Positions 13,597 through 27,099 of a stretch of 64,000 bases of DNA are shown here, piece by piece. Made by a program: the position numbers and the translations under genes. The stretch comes from Octopus vulgaris (lineage: Eukaryota). The notes under the pieces were generated by a model. That model saw nothing but the letters and a program-made list of their open reading frames with translations. It searched no databases and had not been told where the DNA came from. The stretch spans positions 1,426,001-1,490,000 of the forward strand of contig OX597821.1 in assembly GCA_951406725.2 (NCBI GenBank). Reading direction: 5' to 3'. Every line of letters begins with the position of its first letter. Positions within the stretch are counted from its first letter, which is position 1.

Positions 13597-13747
13597 AGTA
13601 TATATATATATGTAAATATATATACATATATTATATATACACACATATGTATGTATTTATGTATGTAAGTATATATATATATATAGATAGATAGATAGAT
13701 ATGTATGCATGTATACATATATATATATTACATATATACATATATAA

Positions 13748-13783
<36 letters not shown>

Positions 13784-14683
13784 ACATATATATTTATGCA
13801 TAAATACACATATATATGCATATATGTAAACACACGTATACACATATATATGAATAAATATATATGTATGTATATATATATATATATACATATATACATA
13901 CGTGCATATATGTGCGTATATATATATATATATATATGCGTATATATATGTGCGTATATATATATATATATATATGCGTATATATATATAAACACGCATA
14001 TCTATATGTTACATGTAGCTAATATTGGAACCGCCATATTTATTAATGGTTTAGTTTAGGATGATATATTACCTTATCTATCGATCAATGAGCAGATGAT
14101 GTAATCAATCAATAGATCTAGCAGTAATCAATTGCAACCTGAATCGATCGCAAATATATTTCAATAAAAACATTAAATTTAGTTTCATGAGCGCTAAAAG
14201 CTATTTATACTCCCAAAAGAATTAATTAATTTTTAACATAGAGATGACTTAATTAATAGCATGTGATAGTAACAGTTGGCGCTTTTCTGTTACATAAGCT
14301 AACGAAGGAGCCTCGGCTACGTCTTTGCTTAATATGCTAGAAAGAGCAGCTAAATAAAATCTTAAATCACCCGACTCGGCTAAAGGACAGACACGTCGGA
14401 TTATATTGTTATAGATTTACGATATGATTGGATTGTTAAAGATGGAAGGACATTCAGTTTAGAATTTCTCCATCAAGGATGAATTGGTGCGGAGGCTAAG
14501 CAACTACAGCAAGAGCAGCACGACCAGTAATTATTGTACAGAAACGAGGGCGCCTTGCTGAACTTCTGGTACAATTTCGGCTGCCGCGAATATTTGGATA
14601 TCGTTCCTAGCTGAAACACATTAGCTTTGAGCCTATCAATAACAACCTTGTCGTTTGCGTTACCATCATCGTCAACCCCACTA

Positions 14684-15040
14684 TCTTCTTCTTCTTCTTC
14701 TTCTTCTTCTTCTTCTTCTTCTTCTTCTTCTTCTTCTTCTTCTTCTTCTTCTTCTTCTTCTTCTTCTTCTTCTTCTTCTTCTTTTTCTTCTTCTTTTCTT
14801 CTTCTTCTTCTTTTTCTTCTTCTTTTCTTTTCTTCTTCTTCTTCTTCTTCTTCTTTTCTTCTTCTTCTTTTTCTTCTTCTTCTTCTTCTTCTTCTTCTTC
14901 TTCTTCTTCTTCTTCTTCTTCTTCTTCTTCTTCTTCTTCTTCTTCTTCTTCTTCTTCTTCTTCTTCTTCTTCTTCTTCTTCTTCTTCTTCTTCTTCTTCT
15001 TCTTCGTCTTCGTCGTCATCATCATTATCATCATCATCAT
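14684..15040. repeat. Long (TTC)n microsatellite ending in (TCG)/(TCA)n
   Basis: Direct reading; source of the poly-E/K/F/L ORFs. Confidence 0.97.
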
Positions 15041-15505
15041 CACACATAAGGACAATATTATTTTCCTTTATTCTAAGCATATAAGATATATTTACATTTA
15101 TTTATTTTCCATAAAATGAAAATTCTGTTTTATATAATGGCGTAAATAACTCGCAGATTTTCTAATGTAGGCTGTTTGTACAAATGATATTCCTTAAGTA
15201 TTCAAACATGCCAACCACTTATCTACACCAGACGTATTATTGTAGATATTTCAGCAAAGCCTTAGTTTGTGTTTATTAGAAACAGCGATTCCGATCATAT
15301 TTACTTCACAGGCTCAATGGAGAGGGAAGCTTCTGAAGTTTGGCGAACACATCATGAGGTGTGTTACATTGACATCCTTATTTTATTTGTGAATACCTAA
15401 TAACGAGATGTATTTATATTTTGTTGGTGGCTTCAGCGTAAGTTGTATATGGTGTGAACTGACAGCGTTAAATTTATTTTAGATTTACCAATATATATAT
15501 ATGCA

Positions 15506-15591
<86 letters not shown>

Positions 15592-15665
15592 ACTATCTAT
15601 CTACCTATCTGTCTGTCTATCTATCTATCTATCTATCCATCTATCTATCTATCTATCTATCCAAA

Positions 15666-15713
<48 letters not shown>

Positions 15714-15717
15714 CAAA

Positions 15718-15777
<60 letters not shown>

Positions 15778-15783
15778 GATCTG

Positions 15784-15860
<77 letters not shown>

Positions 15861-15873
15861 TTATCTATCCAAA

Positions 15874-15945
<72 letters not shown>

Positions 15946-15949
15946 CAAA

Positions 15950-15981
<32 letters not shown>
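15506..15981. repeat. (TATC)n microsatellite with recurring ccaaatat interruption
   Basis: Direct reading; continues at 17291-17417 on the far side of the LINE. Confidence 0.97.
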
Positions 15982-15982
<1 letters not shown>

Positions 15983-17290
15983 GGTCAGGCGATCCATTTG
16001 CTGTCAACACCCGTTAAAAGGAGGGCTGGGCATGCCGTGGTTGATGATGCGCAGACACGCGCTGAGACTGCGGCATCTCTGGCTCTATGTAGACGACGGT
16101 GAACAGGTGTGGTCGCCGTTTGTGAGGCACGCTCTCCCGCAGCTCGTCTCCATGACCGAACTGCAGTCGTGGATCAAAAAGAGGCCGAGGAAGGGCGAAT
16201 GGCACCGCGAGTGTCGCGTTGCCCTCAAGCAACTCTGCCGTCCTGGGTCGACCTTAAGTGACTTCAACACAACCAAAGCATTCTATAGGGGTTTAGTGGA
16301 GGGAGGTACGACGACGAGCTCGGGGCGAACCTGGACGTCGACGAGGAGTACCTGACCCGCCTGTTCAGGACGACTTTCGGGCCAGGGCCCATGGACAACT
16401 TCCAGAGATCCCTGGCCTGGCAGTGCTACCGAGAAGCGCTACCCGTTCGGGATAAGCTCTACAGACACGGCTCGAGAAACACGGGGCCGACCTGCCCGAG
16501 ATGCGGTCAGAGCGACGAAACCGTTCTGCACGCACTCGTTCAGTGTCCAACAATTTCCGACCTGTGGGCTTATGTCGAACAACTGCTGTCACGTGTGGGA
16601 CGAGTCGGTTTATCAGCTGAGTCTATCGTCAATATTGTCACGCCTCCTTCCTTCAAACGGGAAGGAAGAGCTATTTTCATCATCCTTGTGGCTATGGCGA
16701 AAGAATGTATCTGGTGGACGCGTCTGAAAGGATTGGAGACAAACACTTTCCTCTCTGGTCAATCTCTCATCAACTTCTTCAAGTACCACTTGAAAAGGAA
16801 AGTGAGAGTAGAGAGGCAAGTTTTGTCTAGCGAATGTTTAAAAAAAGATGGGTGAATGTAGCAAGAATGGCACGTATGAATGACGAAGCCACCTTGAGCA
16901 TAGTCCTATGAACCCAGAAATCGAAAACAGAGAGTTGCTTATTTGCAAAAAAAAAAAAAAAAAAAGAAATATAAAATGTGACATCATTGACCGAGGTTAC
17001 CGTGGTCTTTTCCGTAGGCTTTTCTTTGCACGGGTAAACCTCACCTGTCCTCCCCTTTACACTTCATATTGACATTTCTGTGATAACGATCCCTATTGAT
17101 CAATTTTTTTCCTCCCCCCCTTTTTTTAAACCCCCTTTTTTTTGTCCTCTTTCTCTCCTTTTACGATCCCTTTTGATCGAAACTCCCCCTTCCTTTTTTT
17201 TTTTTTTTTTTTTCTTAAACCTTCAAAAGAAAAGCTCTACCTTGTAATTTGTTCTATCTGTGTGCAGCCCTGTGTGGCTAATAAAGAAAC
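15981..17290 (+). mobile_element. 5'-truncated Tx1/L1-group LINE: ORF2 C-terminus (zf-RVT) and 3' UTR
   Basis: [12 protein letters not shown]; AWQCYREALPVRDKL...CPRCGQSDETVLHALVQCP (CX2C..H..C); frameshifts near 16305 and 16845; stop 16909-16911; T-rich UTR with AATAAA at ~17280. Confidence 0.9.
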
Positions 17291-17291
17291 A

Positions 17292-17343
<52 letters not shown>

Positions 17344-17347
17344 CAAA

Positions 17348-17383
<36 letters not shown>

Positions 17384-17387
17384 CAAA

Positions 17388-17418
<31 letters not shown>

Positions 17419-17599
17419 TTTTGTGCATACACACACACACACACACATATCAGTCTAGAGCAGCCTACAAAATAAAATACTTACCTTATGGAAAATAAAC
17501 GAATGCAAATATATATATAATAAAATAAATAATATATATATATATGCATATATACATACTTATATGTACATACCTATATATATATGTATATGCACATGC

Positions 17600-18150
17600 A
17601 TATATGGGTACTAGTCGTCAAAAGAACGTGAACAACATGAAAATCGAGAGCATGAAATAACAAAAACATGGAAAACGAAATTTGTTTCGAACAACGAGAG
17701 AAAGAAATAGAGAGACGAGACAGGCAAAATAAGGAACATACCCTTCATCAGTTGTCCTCTGTTTTATCTATTCCGCTTTTCGAACGCTTGGGACAAGACG
17801 CGTTTTCGCTAAAACAGTTGTTCCCGTGAAGCAAATTACATAAAATTTGGGATTTTTGGCGGGTTAAAGTGGTAACAAAAAACAGGACAGTAAGAGTAAA
17901 ACTGTAAAAACAAACGGTAAGGGAAGTGAGGCCATAACGAGGTGAAGTGGTGAGCGCTGGAGAAACAAGCTTTGACAGGAGACAGGTAAAAGAAAGGAGA
18001 AGAAAGATAGAATGAGGGAAAGAGAGGGAGAGATAGAGAACGGTGAAGGGGGGCTGAGAAGAATTAGAGAAAGGGTGGGAGAGAAACAGAAAGAAAGAAG
18101 AAAAGAGGGAGAATAGAGATAGTGATACGATAGTGATAGAAGTGTCACAT
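17600..18150 (-). repeat. Dispersed repeat family F (probable retroelement tail)
   Basis: atatgggtac...gaacaacga...cccttcatcagttgtcc shared with 22846-23030 and 48760-49150. Confidence 0.65.
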
Positions 18151-18224
18151 CAGAATTAAGATAAAACTTACTTGGAAATGGATGCGTGGCGTTCGATCAT
18201 ATAATAATATAAATGATATATAAA

Positions 18225-18260
<36 letters not shown>

Positions 18261-18262
<2 letters not shown>

Positions 18263-18978
18263 CAAAGGGTGAAATTAATTAATTAAGAAGTAATCAGTAA
18301 TTTCACCAAGTAGAATTCGGCATGTAAAAGACCAATTAATGGTAAGTTTAAGTAATACTAAATAATTAGGGTTCAGCAATTTAGTATTACTTAAACTTAC
18401 CATGAATTGGTCTTTTACATGCCAATTTCTACTTGGTGAAATTACTGATTACTTCTTAACTAATTAATTTCACCCTTTGTTATTATTGATAATGGTATTT
18501 CCTCCAAGAAAAAAACTGTAGCATCTTACTTTGGCAACACGCTGGTGGACGGGGGAGAGTGACTTACTCTCATTCACTTTTTGAATTTGGCGGTACTAGC
18601 ACGGTATACGTTCCCTCTGATACCGTGAGGTGAAGTGATATTTTCTGGTGCCTTCAAATTTAATACACAACTATTAATAATTGAGACGCAGTTATTTATA
18701 ATTGAAGAATCCTACGCTGATAAGGAAAATAGTCAGGTAAAGTATAATTATTTTTTATGCTCTATACTGGCTTGATTCCGAAACGCGCGTCCGTAGGCAA
18801 CTTAATATAGAATGATTTTCGTCATTTCTTTCTCTTTTACCTGCGTGGTTTGTTCTTGAGTGCTTTGGTTTTACTGGGATCTCCCTTTAAAGTAGAAAGA
18901 ATAGCCAAAACGTTTTGACTGCTATTTCTGAATTCGGTGTGTGGTGAGGCAAATCGTTGCTGAACCCTTAATTGCTTA

Positions 18979-18980
<2 letters not shown>
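18261..18980 (+). mobile_element. Hammerhead-bearing element with 5' fold-back, inserted in (TA)n
   Basis: Inverted arms 18261-18363 and 18379-18481; hammerhead at 18711-18797; 3' end (gtggtgaggc..gctgaacccttaatt) also seen at 32430-32507. Confidence 0.75.
18711..18797 (+). ncRNA. Type I hammerhead motif with G8A core substitution
   Basis: cctacg | CTGATAA | ggaa...ttcc (long stem II) | GAAA | c-gcgc-g | TC | cgtagg; 6-bp stem I, palindromic acgcgcgt, GUC triplet. Confidence 0.8.
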
Positions 18981-19045
<65 letters not shown>

Positions 19046-19111
19046 TGTATGTATGTATGTATGTATGTATGTATGTATGTCTGTATGTATGTATGTATGT
19101 GTGTATGTATG

Positions 19112-19170
<59 letters not shown>

Positions 19171-19171
19171 G

Positions 19172-19227
<56 letters not shown>

Positions 19228-19564
19228 TATATGCATATATAGATACATATATGTGCATTGCAATTCAAACCTTAAATTGTGCAACATATACCACTATTAA
19301 GATGTTTTCCGCTAGTATTATTACGTTCGTATAATTTTTTGTGAAGCATGGTTTTAATAGAGGTGTTGCAAATAAAAGAAAGCAACTGCTGAGCTATTTA
19401 GCCATATCACTTTCTGAGCTATTTAGCTAGATGACCTTTCGTAAGTGTTAATGAAATGTACGTTAGTCTAACTTATAAACTATAAATAACTTATAAACTA
19501 TCGCTCGCATTTTGCTATGGGCTTCTATAAATATATACATTCCAACATCTATATGTGTGTGTGA

Positions 19565-19608
<44 letters not shown>

Positions 19609-19611
<3 letters not shown>

Positions 19612-19840
19612 TCGCCATGATAGATCGTTAGCCACTACACACATTTTTTCTCTCCTTTTTTTTCTCCCATTTTTGTCTACATTTTTCTCTCCTTGTTTTT
19701 TTTCTGTGTCCCTTTCTGTAGAAGAGCGTAGGCTCGAAACGTAAAAGACTTTTTCTATTCCTGAGCGTTATACTAATACATCTGTTTGTTTTGAACACCA
19801 CCTGACTTCGTCTTCTGTTTTTTTCGTAAACTCTCCCTAT
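19609..19840 (+). mobile_element. Penelope-like tail (family E) with variant hammerhead at 19712-19747
   Basis: Same motif as 11508; flanked by (TA)n. Confidence 0.75.
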
Positions 19841-19861
19841 ATATATATATATATATATCTG

Positions 19862-20190
19862 AGACCCCCTTCGGTCACGACATGGATTGCACCTAAAAAG
19901 TTACCTACCTAGGCACAACTCCGGGCAAGGTTGTTTATGGAAGGCTAGCAGTCGCCCATGAATACCGGCCTCCTCTCTCTACGCCACGCGTGTTATCTAA
20001 GCGAAAGGCAAAAACCAATACAGCTTGGCACCTGTGATCTCGCAAATCATTTCTGCCGCTGAGTGAACTGGAGCAACGTGAAATAAAGTGTCTTCCTCAA
20101 GAACACAACACGCAGCTCGGTCCGGGATTCGAGCTCATAACCTCACAATCGTAAACTCAACGCTCTAACCATTGAGCCATGCGCCTTCAC
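19862..20190 (-). mobile_element. SINE family C (body 1, tail T2)
   Basis: Minus strand gtgaaggcgcatggctcaatggttagagcg...ctcgaatcccggacc...ttgaggaagacactttatttcacgttgctccagttcactcagc. Confidence 0.8.
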
Positions 20191-20192
20191 GA

Positions 20193-20249
<57 letters not shown>

Positions 20250-20275
20250 CTATATATATATATGTGTGTGCGTGC

Positions 20276-20329
<54 letters not shown>

Positions 20330-21114
20330 CAACCACTTATACTAAACGTATGCGCTTCGAGTGGTTATCTGTAAAGGCAATAAAGGATCCCCGTTCAATC
20401 AATACAAAATGGAAACCTTATCTTGAGCTTAAAACTTGCTCTTGATAATTTCTGTGAAATGAAAATCGTTTTCCTTTGACATCAGAGAAACCTTTAACAT
20501 TCGTCCATTTTGACACATCGGACCTCTTTTAAATTTTATTCGTTTAAATCTTCCAATCAACAATAATGATCAGTGCGTCGTTCCTGATAGCAAATATCTA
20601 ACCTGAAATGACTGTGATAAACCTTGAGAAATAACAAAATCCCTGAAGGGACGATGTTAAAGTCACGAATGTCTAAATTAACATATACGTGAATATATGT
20701 AACCTGTCAGTTCGATGCTATGATAATAATTATAATAATTGCTAAGGTCCTGGTGAAAGGAATGAGGGTCACAGCATTACGTATACTCCATTTGATAAAG
20801 CGTGGCCGAATATCAAAAGTCTGTATTTTATGTATGATAATTCGGATTTGCAATACAATGCACGGCAGGGAATGACTAATAATAAAGTGATGTGTCCTAT
20901 TGAGATGTAGAATTAATAATCACTTTGGAAACTGAATAATTTGTTCTGCTAAAATCGAACGCCTACTCATATGTACACCACACATTATATATATCAGATG
21001 AGATATATAGGGTTGTAACATTTATTTTTGTATGTGTACCTGTATGTGTAAATATATGTATGTATGTATGTATGTATATATATATATATATATATATACA
21101 TATATATATGTATG

Positions 21115-21145
<31 letters not shown>

Positions 21146-21147
21146 GC

Positions 21148-21206
<59 letters not shown>

Positions 21207-21757
21207 CATATATATTACACGTTTCTATATATATACCTACGGGTATGTATACGAATAAATGTATATGAATATATATGATGAATTATGAACACCCAAGTAT
21301 GCACACGCGCACACACACATACACACACACAAACACATACTCACACGCACACACACATATTAATACATATGTTTTTACATTCATATATGTATACGTATAT
21401 CAATGTGAAACCTGTAAAAATATATACGAACAGATAATTTTCATGGTGCATCAAGTAGAATGTTACGTACAATATATGAAGAAAGAGATTATATTCAAGT
21501 TTTGCCTAGCGGCTGGGCATAGTCTCGATCGTGCTTAGACAGAGGCTGAAATTCTAGCAGACTGCGTGTTATTGAGATTACAAGCACACACATAGACAAA
21601 CAACAAACACAAACGCACTCACGAATTTAGAAAGAAATATAGGACGGTCATTGCATGTGTATTTCATGAAATGTTTCAGTATTAAGAGTTTGTGACTTTA
21701 ACGAGTATTACGTAAAGCTTCACACATAATAAATATACGTGTATATGTTGAGGATAC

Positions 21758-22143
21758 AGGCGTGCTTGTGTGGTAAGAAGCTTGCCTCTCAACCACATGG
21801 TTCTGTGTTCAGTCCCACTTCGTGACACCTTGGGCAAGTGCCTTCTACCAAAGCCTTCTGATTGGATCTGGTACAAGAAAACTAAAAGAAGCCCGTCATA
21901 TATATACATCTACGTGTGCGTGTGTGTTTATGTCTGTGTTTGTCCCCCCCCCCGCTGGACAACCTGTGGTGATGTGTTTATGTCCACGTAACTTACCCGT
22001 TCGGCAAAGAGAAACCGATAGAATAAGTACCATGCTGTAAATAATCTCCTGGAGTCGATTCATTTCACTAAAACCCTTCAAGGTATTTCCCAATATGGCC
22101 GCACTCAAATGACTGAAAACATGAAAAGACTAAAACAATAAAA

Positions 22144-22147
<4 letters not shown>
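21758..22147 (+). mobile_element. SINE family B
   Basis: Full head, internal microsatellite and tail match the other copies. Confidence 0.85.
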
Positions 22148-22177
<30 letters not shown>

Positions 22178-22182
<5 letters not shown>

Positions 22183-22520
22183 GTGATACGAAAAGGTTCC
22201 CGGACTAAATACGTTTAATGAAAAATAACTTATTTACCTAAGTTTTAATATAATTTTCTTCGAAACAGTAACCTTGTGCAGCAATACACAGGTCCCAACG
22301 GTCTTGCAGTTTGGGGGATTCGGCCTCGAAGTAGTTACCCGTAAGCGAGTCGAGGACTTTCTGCGTTTTGCACGTGATTTCGACAGCGGTGTGAAAGCGG
22401 CGAGATTTGAGCTGAATTTTTATCTTGGGGAAGAGATGGAAATGTACAGCTGCTAAATCAGGCGGAAGCGGAAGTGCTATCATGTTGTTTTTGGTGAGAA
22501 ACTCACGAGTGACGACAAAT
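22178..22520 (-). pseudogene. mariner transposase C-terminal fragment with terminal inverted repeat remnant
   Basis: REFLTKNNM..LPPDLAAVHFHLFPKIKIQLKSRRF...LQDRWDLCIAAQGYCFE (decayed YSPDLAPxDF); end tatgaggtgatacgaaaaggttcccggact beside TA. Confidence 0.85.
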
Positions 22521-23055
22521 CGGTGACGGTGCGTTGTCGTCGTAAAGAATCCAATACTTTGCACTCGGTCGATTCTCATGCACATATATGTATCTATCTT
22601 TTATCCTTGTTTCAATTTCTTGACTGTGGCCATGACGGAGCATCGCTATAAAGCATTTTTAGTCGAATATAAGCATATATGCATTTGTAAATGCACTTAT
22701 GTATGTATGTCTCTATGTGTGTATGTGTATATGTTTGTATGTATGTATGTAGATAAAACTTACTTGGAAATTAATAATATATAAATATATGCATATATAC
22801 ATACATATATGTACATACCTACATATATATGTATATATGCATGCATATATGGGTACAGGACATAAAAAAACCGTGTAACACAATGAGAAACTAAAACATA
22901 AAAACAAAAACATCGAAAACGAACTCTTTTTTGAACAACGAAAAAGACAGAGAAAGGAGACATGCAACATAAAGAATATTTCCCTTCTTCCGTTGTCCTT
23001 GTTTTATCTATTCCGCGTTCGAGGGAAGGACATTTTATAACCTATTTTTTTATCA

Positions 23056-23146
<91 letters not shown>

Positions 23147-23184
23147 AGTATGTATATATGTATGTATGTATTTAAAAAATTTTT

Positions 23185-24147
23185 TTATTTTTATCTAGTT
23201 TCATCTCACAAGCTGTGGCCATGCTGGGGCACCGCCATTTGGTGTTGCTACATGATTTTACTTCACGAAAGCTTTTTAGCAACTGCCATTTGGTGCATGA
23301 GAGAGTTCGATGCAGCTGCCCTCATCTGCACCTCCTGCCGTGAAGTTGGTTCATCTGGGACACCTGACAAAAAGAGATCCAGTTTATTTTAAAGACATCT
23401 GCATCCACCCCATGCAGGTCTCTTAGGTTCTTCGGGAGGATATTGAAGAGCTGTGGGCCTCGGAAGCCCAGGCTATCACAGTATCTTGTCCTACATCTTG
23501 ATGGCAAATTTGGAGTCCTTGGCACTGTGCAGTGGCGCCCAGTTCTGGCATTTGTGTAACTCTCGATGCCAAAGTTTGGGACAAGTCCTTCTAGGATCTT
23601 CCAGATGTATATTATGGCATATCTTTCTCGCCTACGCTCTAAGGAATAGAGTCTTAATCTCTTGAGTTTTTACCAATAGCTTATATGCTGCACAGAGGCT
23701 ATCTTCTTCGTGTAGCTTCGTTGGATCGCCTCAAGTTCTGTGATTAACTTGACACTGGATGGTGACCATAGCTGAGAGCAATAATCAAAGTGGCTTAGGA
23801 CAAGTGTCCTCCAGAGGACCATCATGGTTTCCTGGTCTCTTGTTCTAAATGTTCTAAGAATCCATCCAGTCAGCCGCCTACATTTCATTGCCAATTTACC
23901 AACATGCACATGAAAGGTTGCATCATTACTCATGTAAATACCCAGGTCTCGCACTGATTGTGCCTCTGGGATTGCAATCCCTCTAGGTCCAGTGTATTTA
24001 TTGGGTATTGCATTTAGTTTTGCATGCTGATAGCATAAAGCTTGAAACTTTTCAGCATTGAACTGCATGCTATTCTTTTCAGCCCACTTGTATATTTTGT
24101 CCAGCTCACATTGCAGGTGCTTAGTGTCTTCAGGGTTCTGTACTGCC

Positions 24148-24148
<1 letters not shown>
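23185..24148 (-). pseudogene. 5'-truncated CR1-type LINE (RT C-terminus and 3' tail)
   Basis: LQCELDKIYKWAEKNSMQFNAEKF; VRDLGIYMS; WILRTFRTRD; HFDYCSQLWSP; LEAIQRSYTKKI; GPQLFNILPKNLR; in-frame stop at 23670. Confidence 0.9.
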
Positions 24149-24216
<68 letters not shown>

Positions 24217-24218
<2 letters not shown>

Positions 24219-24541
24219 TGGCACTCCGTCGGTTACGATGACGAGGTTTCCAGTTGATCCAATGAACGGAACAGCCTGCTCGAGAAACTAACGTGCAAGT
24301 GGCTGAGCACTACACAGACACGTGTACCCTTAATGTAGACCTCAGGGAGATTCAGCGTGACACAGAGTTTGACAAAGCTGGCTCTTTGAAATACATGTAC
24401 AACTCATTTTTGCCAGCTTAGTGTACTGGGGCAACGTGAAATACTGTGTCTTCTTCAAGGACACCGCGTCGCCGGGAATTGAACACAAAACTTTATAATC
24501 GTGAGCCGAATGCCCTAACCACTAAGCCACGCTCCCTCACA
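24217..24541 (-). mobile_element. SINE family C (body 1, tail T3)
   Basis: Minus strand gtggcttagtggttagggcattcgg...tttcacgttgccccagtacactaagctggcaaaaatgag...gtaaccgacggagtgccac. Confidence 0.8.
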
Positions 24542-24808
24542 TTTATCTATGACATAACGTCAAAGGAATAGGGATTCGAAATGTATATGTACACTCTGGT
24601 AAAATCTAGCTTCTTGCTAACCACATCGATTCATAGGGAACATATAGAATTGTTTAAGGTATACGATTACACCTTAATCCATCCAATAGGTAAATCCTGA
24701 GTTCACTTCATTGGATTTATACAGCACACAGAGTATATAATCACGATATAGAGAAGAATGGAGAATTATCCATCTCCAAAACTTGTTTGTTACAGTGTTT
24801 ATTCTCAT

Positions 24809-25207
24809 AGGCGGCGATCTGGGAAAAACGTTAGAGCGACGGGCAAAATGCTTAGCGGTATTTCGTCTGCCGTTATGTTCTGAGCTCAGATTCCGCCGAG
24901 GTCGACTTTGCCTTTCATCCTTTCGGGGTCGATAAATTAAGTACCAGTTACGCACTTGGATCGATGTAATCGACTTAATCCTTTTGTCCGTCCTTGTTTG
25001 TCCGCTCTGTGTTTAGCCCCTTCTGAGTAGTAAAGAAATAAGTATTGTGTCTGTCTTTACGTTCTGAGTTCAAATTCAGCCGAGCTCAACTTTGCCTTTC
25101 ATCCTTTCGGGGTCGATAAATTAAGTACCAGTTGCGTACTAGGGTGATCTAATTGACTGGACACCTCCTCCAAAATTTCGTGCCTTATGCCTAGAGTAGA
25201 AAAGATT
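24809..25207 (+). mobile_element. SINE family A (two internal units)
   Basis: Matches 2693-3250. Confidence 0.85.
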
Positions 25208-25297
25208 TTCATTAAATTCCAATATATTTGATGTGAACTTAAAGAGAATAATGGTGTAATAAATAAGTTTTCAAGATATATAATTCTCCATTTTATA

Positions 25298-25419
25298 TGT
25301 GGTAAGTAGCTTGCTCACCAATCACATGGTTCCGGTTTCAGTCTTCTTCTTCTATAGCCTCGGGCCGACTAATGTCTTGTGAGTGGATTTAGTAGAGGGA
25401 GACTGAAAGTGGCCCGTCG

Positions 25420-25458
<39 letters not shown>

Positions 25459-25678
25459 ATTTGTTTGTGTGTCTGTGTTTGTCCCCTCCCTCAACATAGC
25501 TTAACAACCTATGCTGGTGTGTTTACGTCCCCGTAACTTAGCGGTTCGGCAAAAGAGACCGATAGAATAAGCATTGGGCTTACAGAGAATAAATCCTGGG
25601 GTCGATTTGCTCGATTAATGGCTGTGCTCCAGCATGGCCACAGTCACATGACTGAAATAAGTAAAAGAGTAAAAGAGA
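25298..25678 (+). mobile_element. SINE family B
   Basis: Head, internal (TA)(TG)n and tail. Confidence 0.85.
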
Positions 25679-25698
25679 TATGTGTATATGTATGTATA

Positions 25699-25729
<31 letters not shown>

Positions 25730-25790
25730 CAATATGTATATATATATATATGTATATAAATATGTATATATATGTATATATATGTATATA

Positions 25791-25868
<78 letters not shown>

Positions 25869-25871
25869 TGT

Positions 25872-26668
25872 ATACTAGCAGCATAAACCGGCGTTCCCCG
25901 GGTATGTAAGAAACTTTGTCGATAAGCAATGCCCTTTACCTTTTAACCCTTTATTGTACTCATTGAACCATTATTTTGTAAAATCATGGTCGGTCTCAAA
26001 GTGATATGGTTTTGTTGATCTCTCCCAATACTTGTTAACTGCATTGACAAAAGGTCGTTAGTTTGACATTTAATGCAAAATTAATGTCCAACATCGGTGT
26101 AGTGAAAATCTGTGTGAACTTCCAAAAAATATCGCAGAAAAATCGGTTTGCTATGTGTGCCTCATATGATGTAATTAACCGATTTTTTCCAGTAATAACG
26201 TATCTTATTGGAATCAAAAGGGCCATATAGCTCCTTGGAGCAGACATGATGCTCGCTGTGAATTTCAAAAAAAATTCCTGTTAATTTGTTAAGCTATTGT
26301 CGAAAATATGTCATCGTGAATTTGAGCGCGATTTTTCTCTGATGGGAAGGTATTGCATGGAAAACTAACGTCAGAATTAAGTTCCTTAGGGTAACATTAA
26401 GCTTCACCATGAGTTTGGTGAAAATCGATTGCAAGTTGCGAAAACTACAACGGAAAATGTGTGGCATATGATAAGCTTAGATTCTCGACCCCATGTCGAA
26501 CTTATCGACTTTTTTCAGTACTGGGGGAACTTTTCAAAACTTTCGCTGCGTTAGTTTTGAATGATGATATTGGGCTATGTGTGTGTCAAGTGTCATCAGA
26601 ATCGGTTGAAAGCCGTGGTCAGGGTGAGGGTACAAACTGACAGACACACAGACAGACAAACTGGCTTT

Positions 26669-26675
<7 letters not shown>
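25872..26675 (+). mobile_element. Non-autonomous Helitron/Helentron-like element (Lep1/HINE-like layout)
   Basis: Starts actagcagcataaaccggcgttccccggg; repeated (a/g)agtttggtgaaaatcg / aagtgtcatcagaatcgg motifs; subterminal (GACA)n followed by ttttatatata. Confidence 0.55.
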
Positions 26676-26728
<53 letters not shown>

Positions 26729-27062
26729 TATAGAGGGCATTATTACACATAAATTGTCAAAGGGGACGTAGTTATAATTTTCTTTTCTTTTTTCGTTTGT
26801 AATCAGTTTCGTTTGCATCAAACTTCTCGTTGTTTCTTGTGATTTCTCATGCACCAGCGTCCCGGTTTTCAAGTAAAGCAGTACAATGATTAGTCAAAGT
26901 TTGAAAATTGTTCGGAATAACAAAGCACGTTATAAAACCCTGCCCAGACCCGCTCCCTCACTGCAAGAAACTATTTGTACCTCTCATTTTTATACTCTGT
27001 ATAAAAATGGTATATATACATGTGTGTGTAAATGTTTGTGTGTGTGTGTATGTGTGTGAGTG

Positions 27063-27099
<37 letters not shown>

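Noticed and set aside
14607-15119. Poly-E/K/S/F/L ORFs (also 7718-8035)
   Set aside because: Translated (TTC)n tracts with no flanking coding signal.
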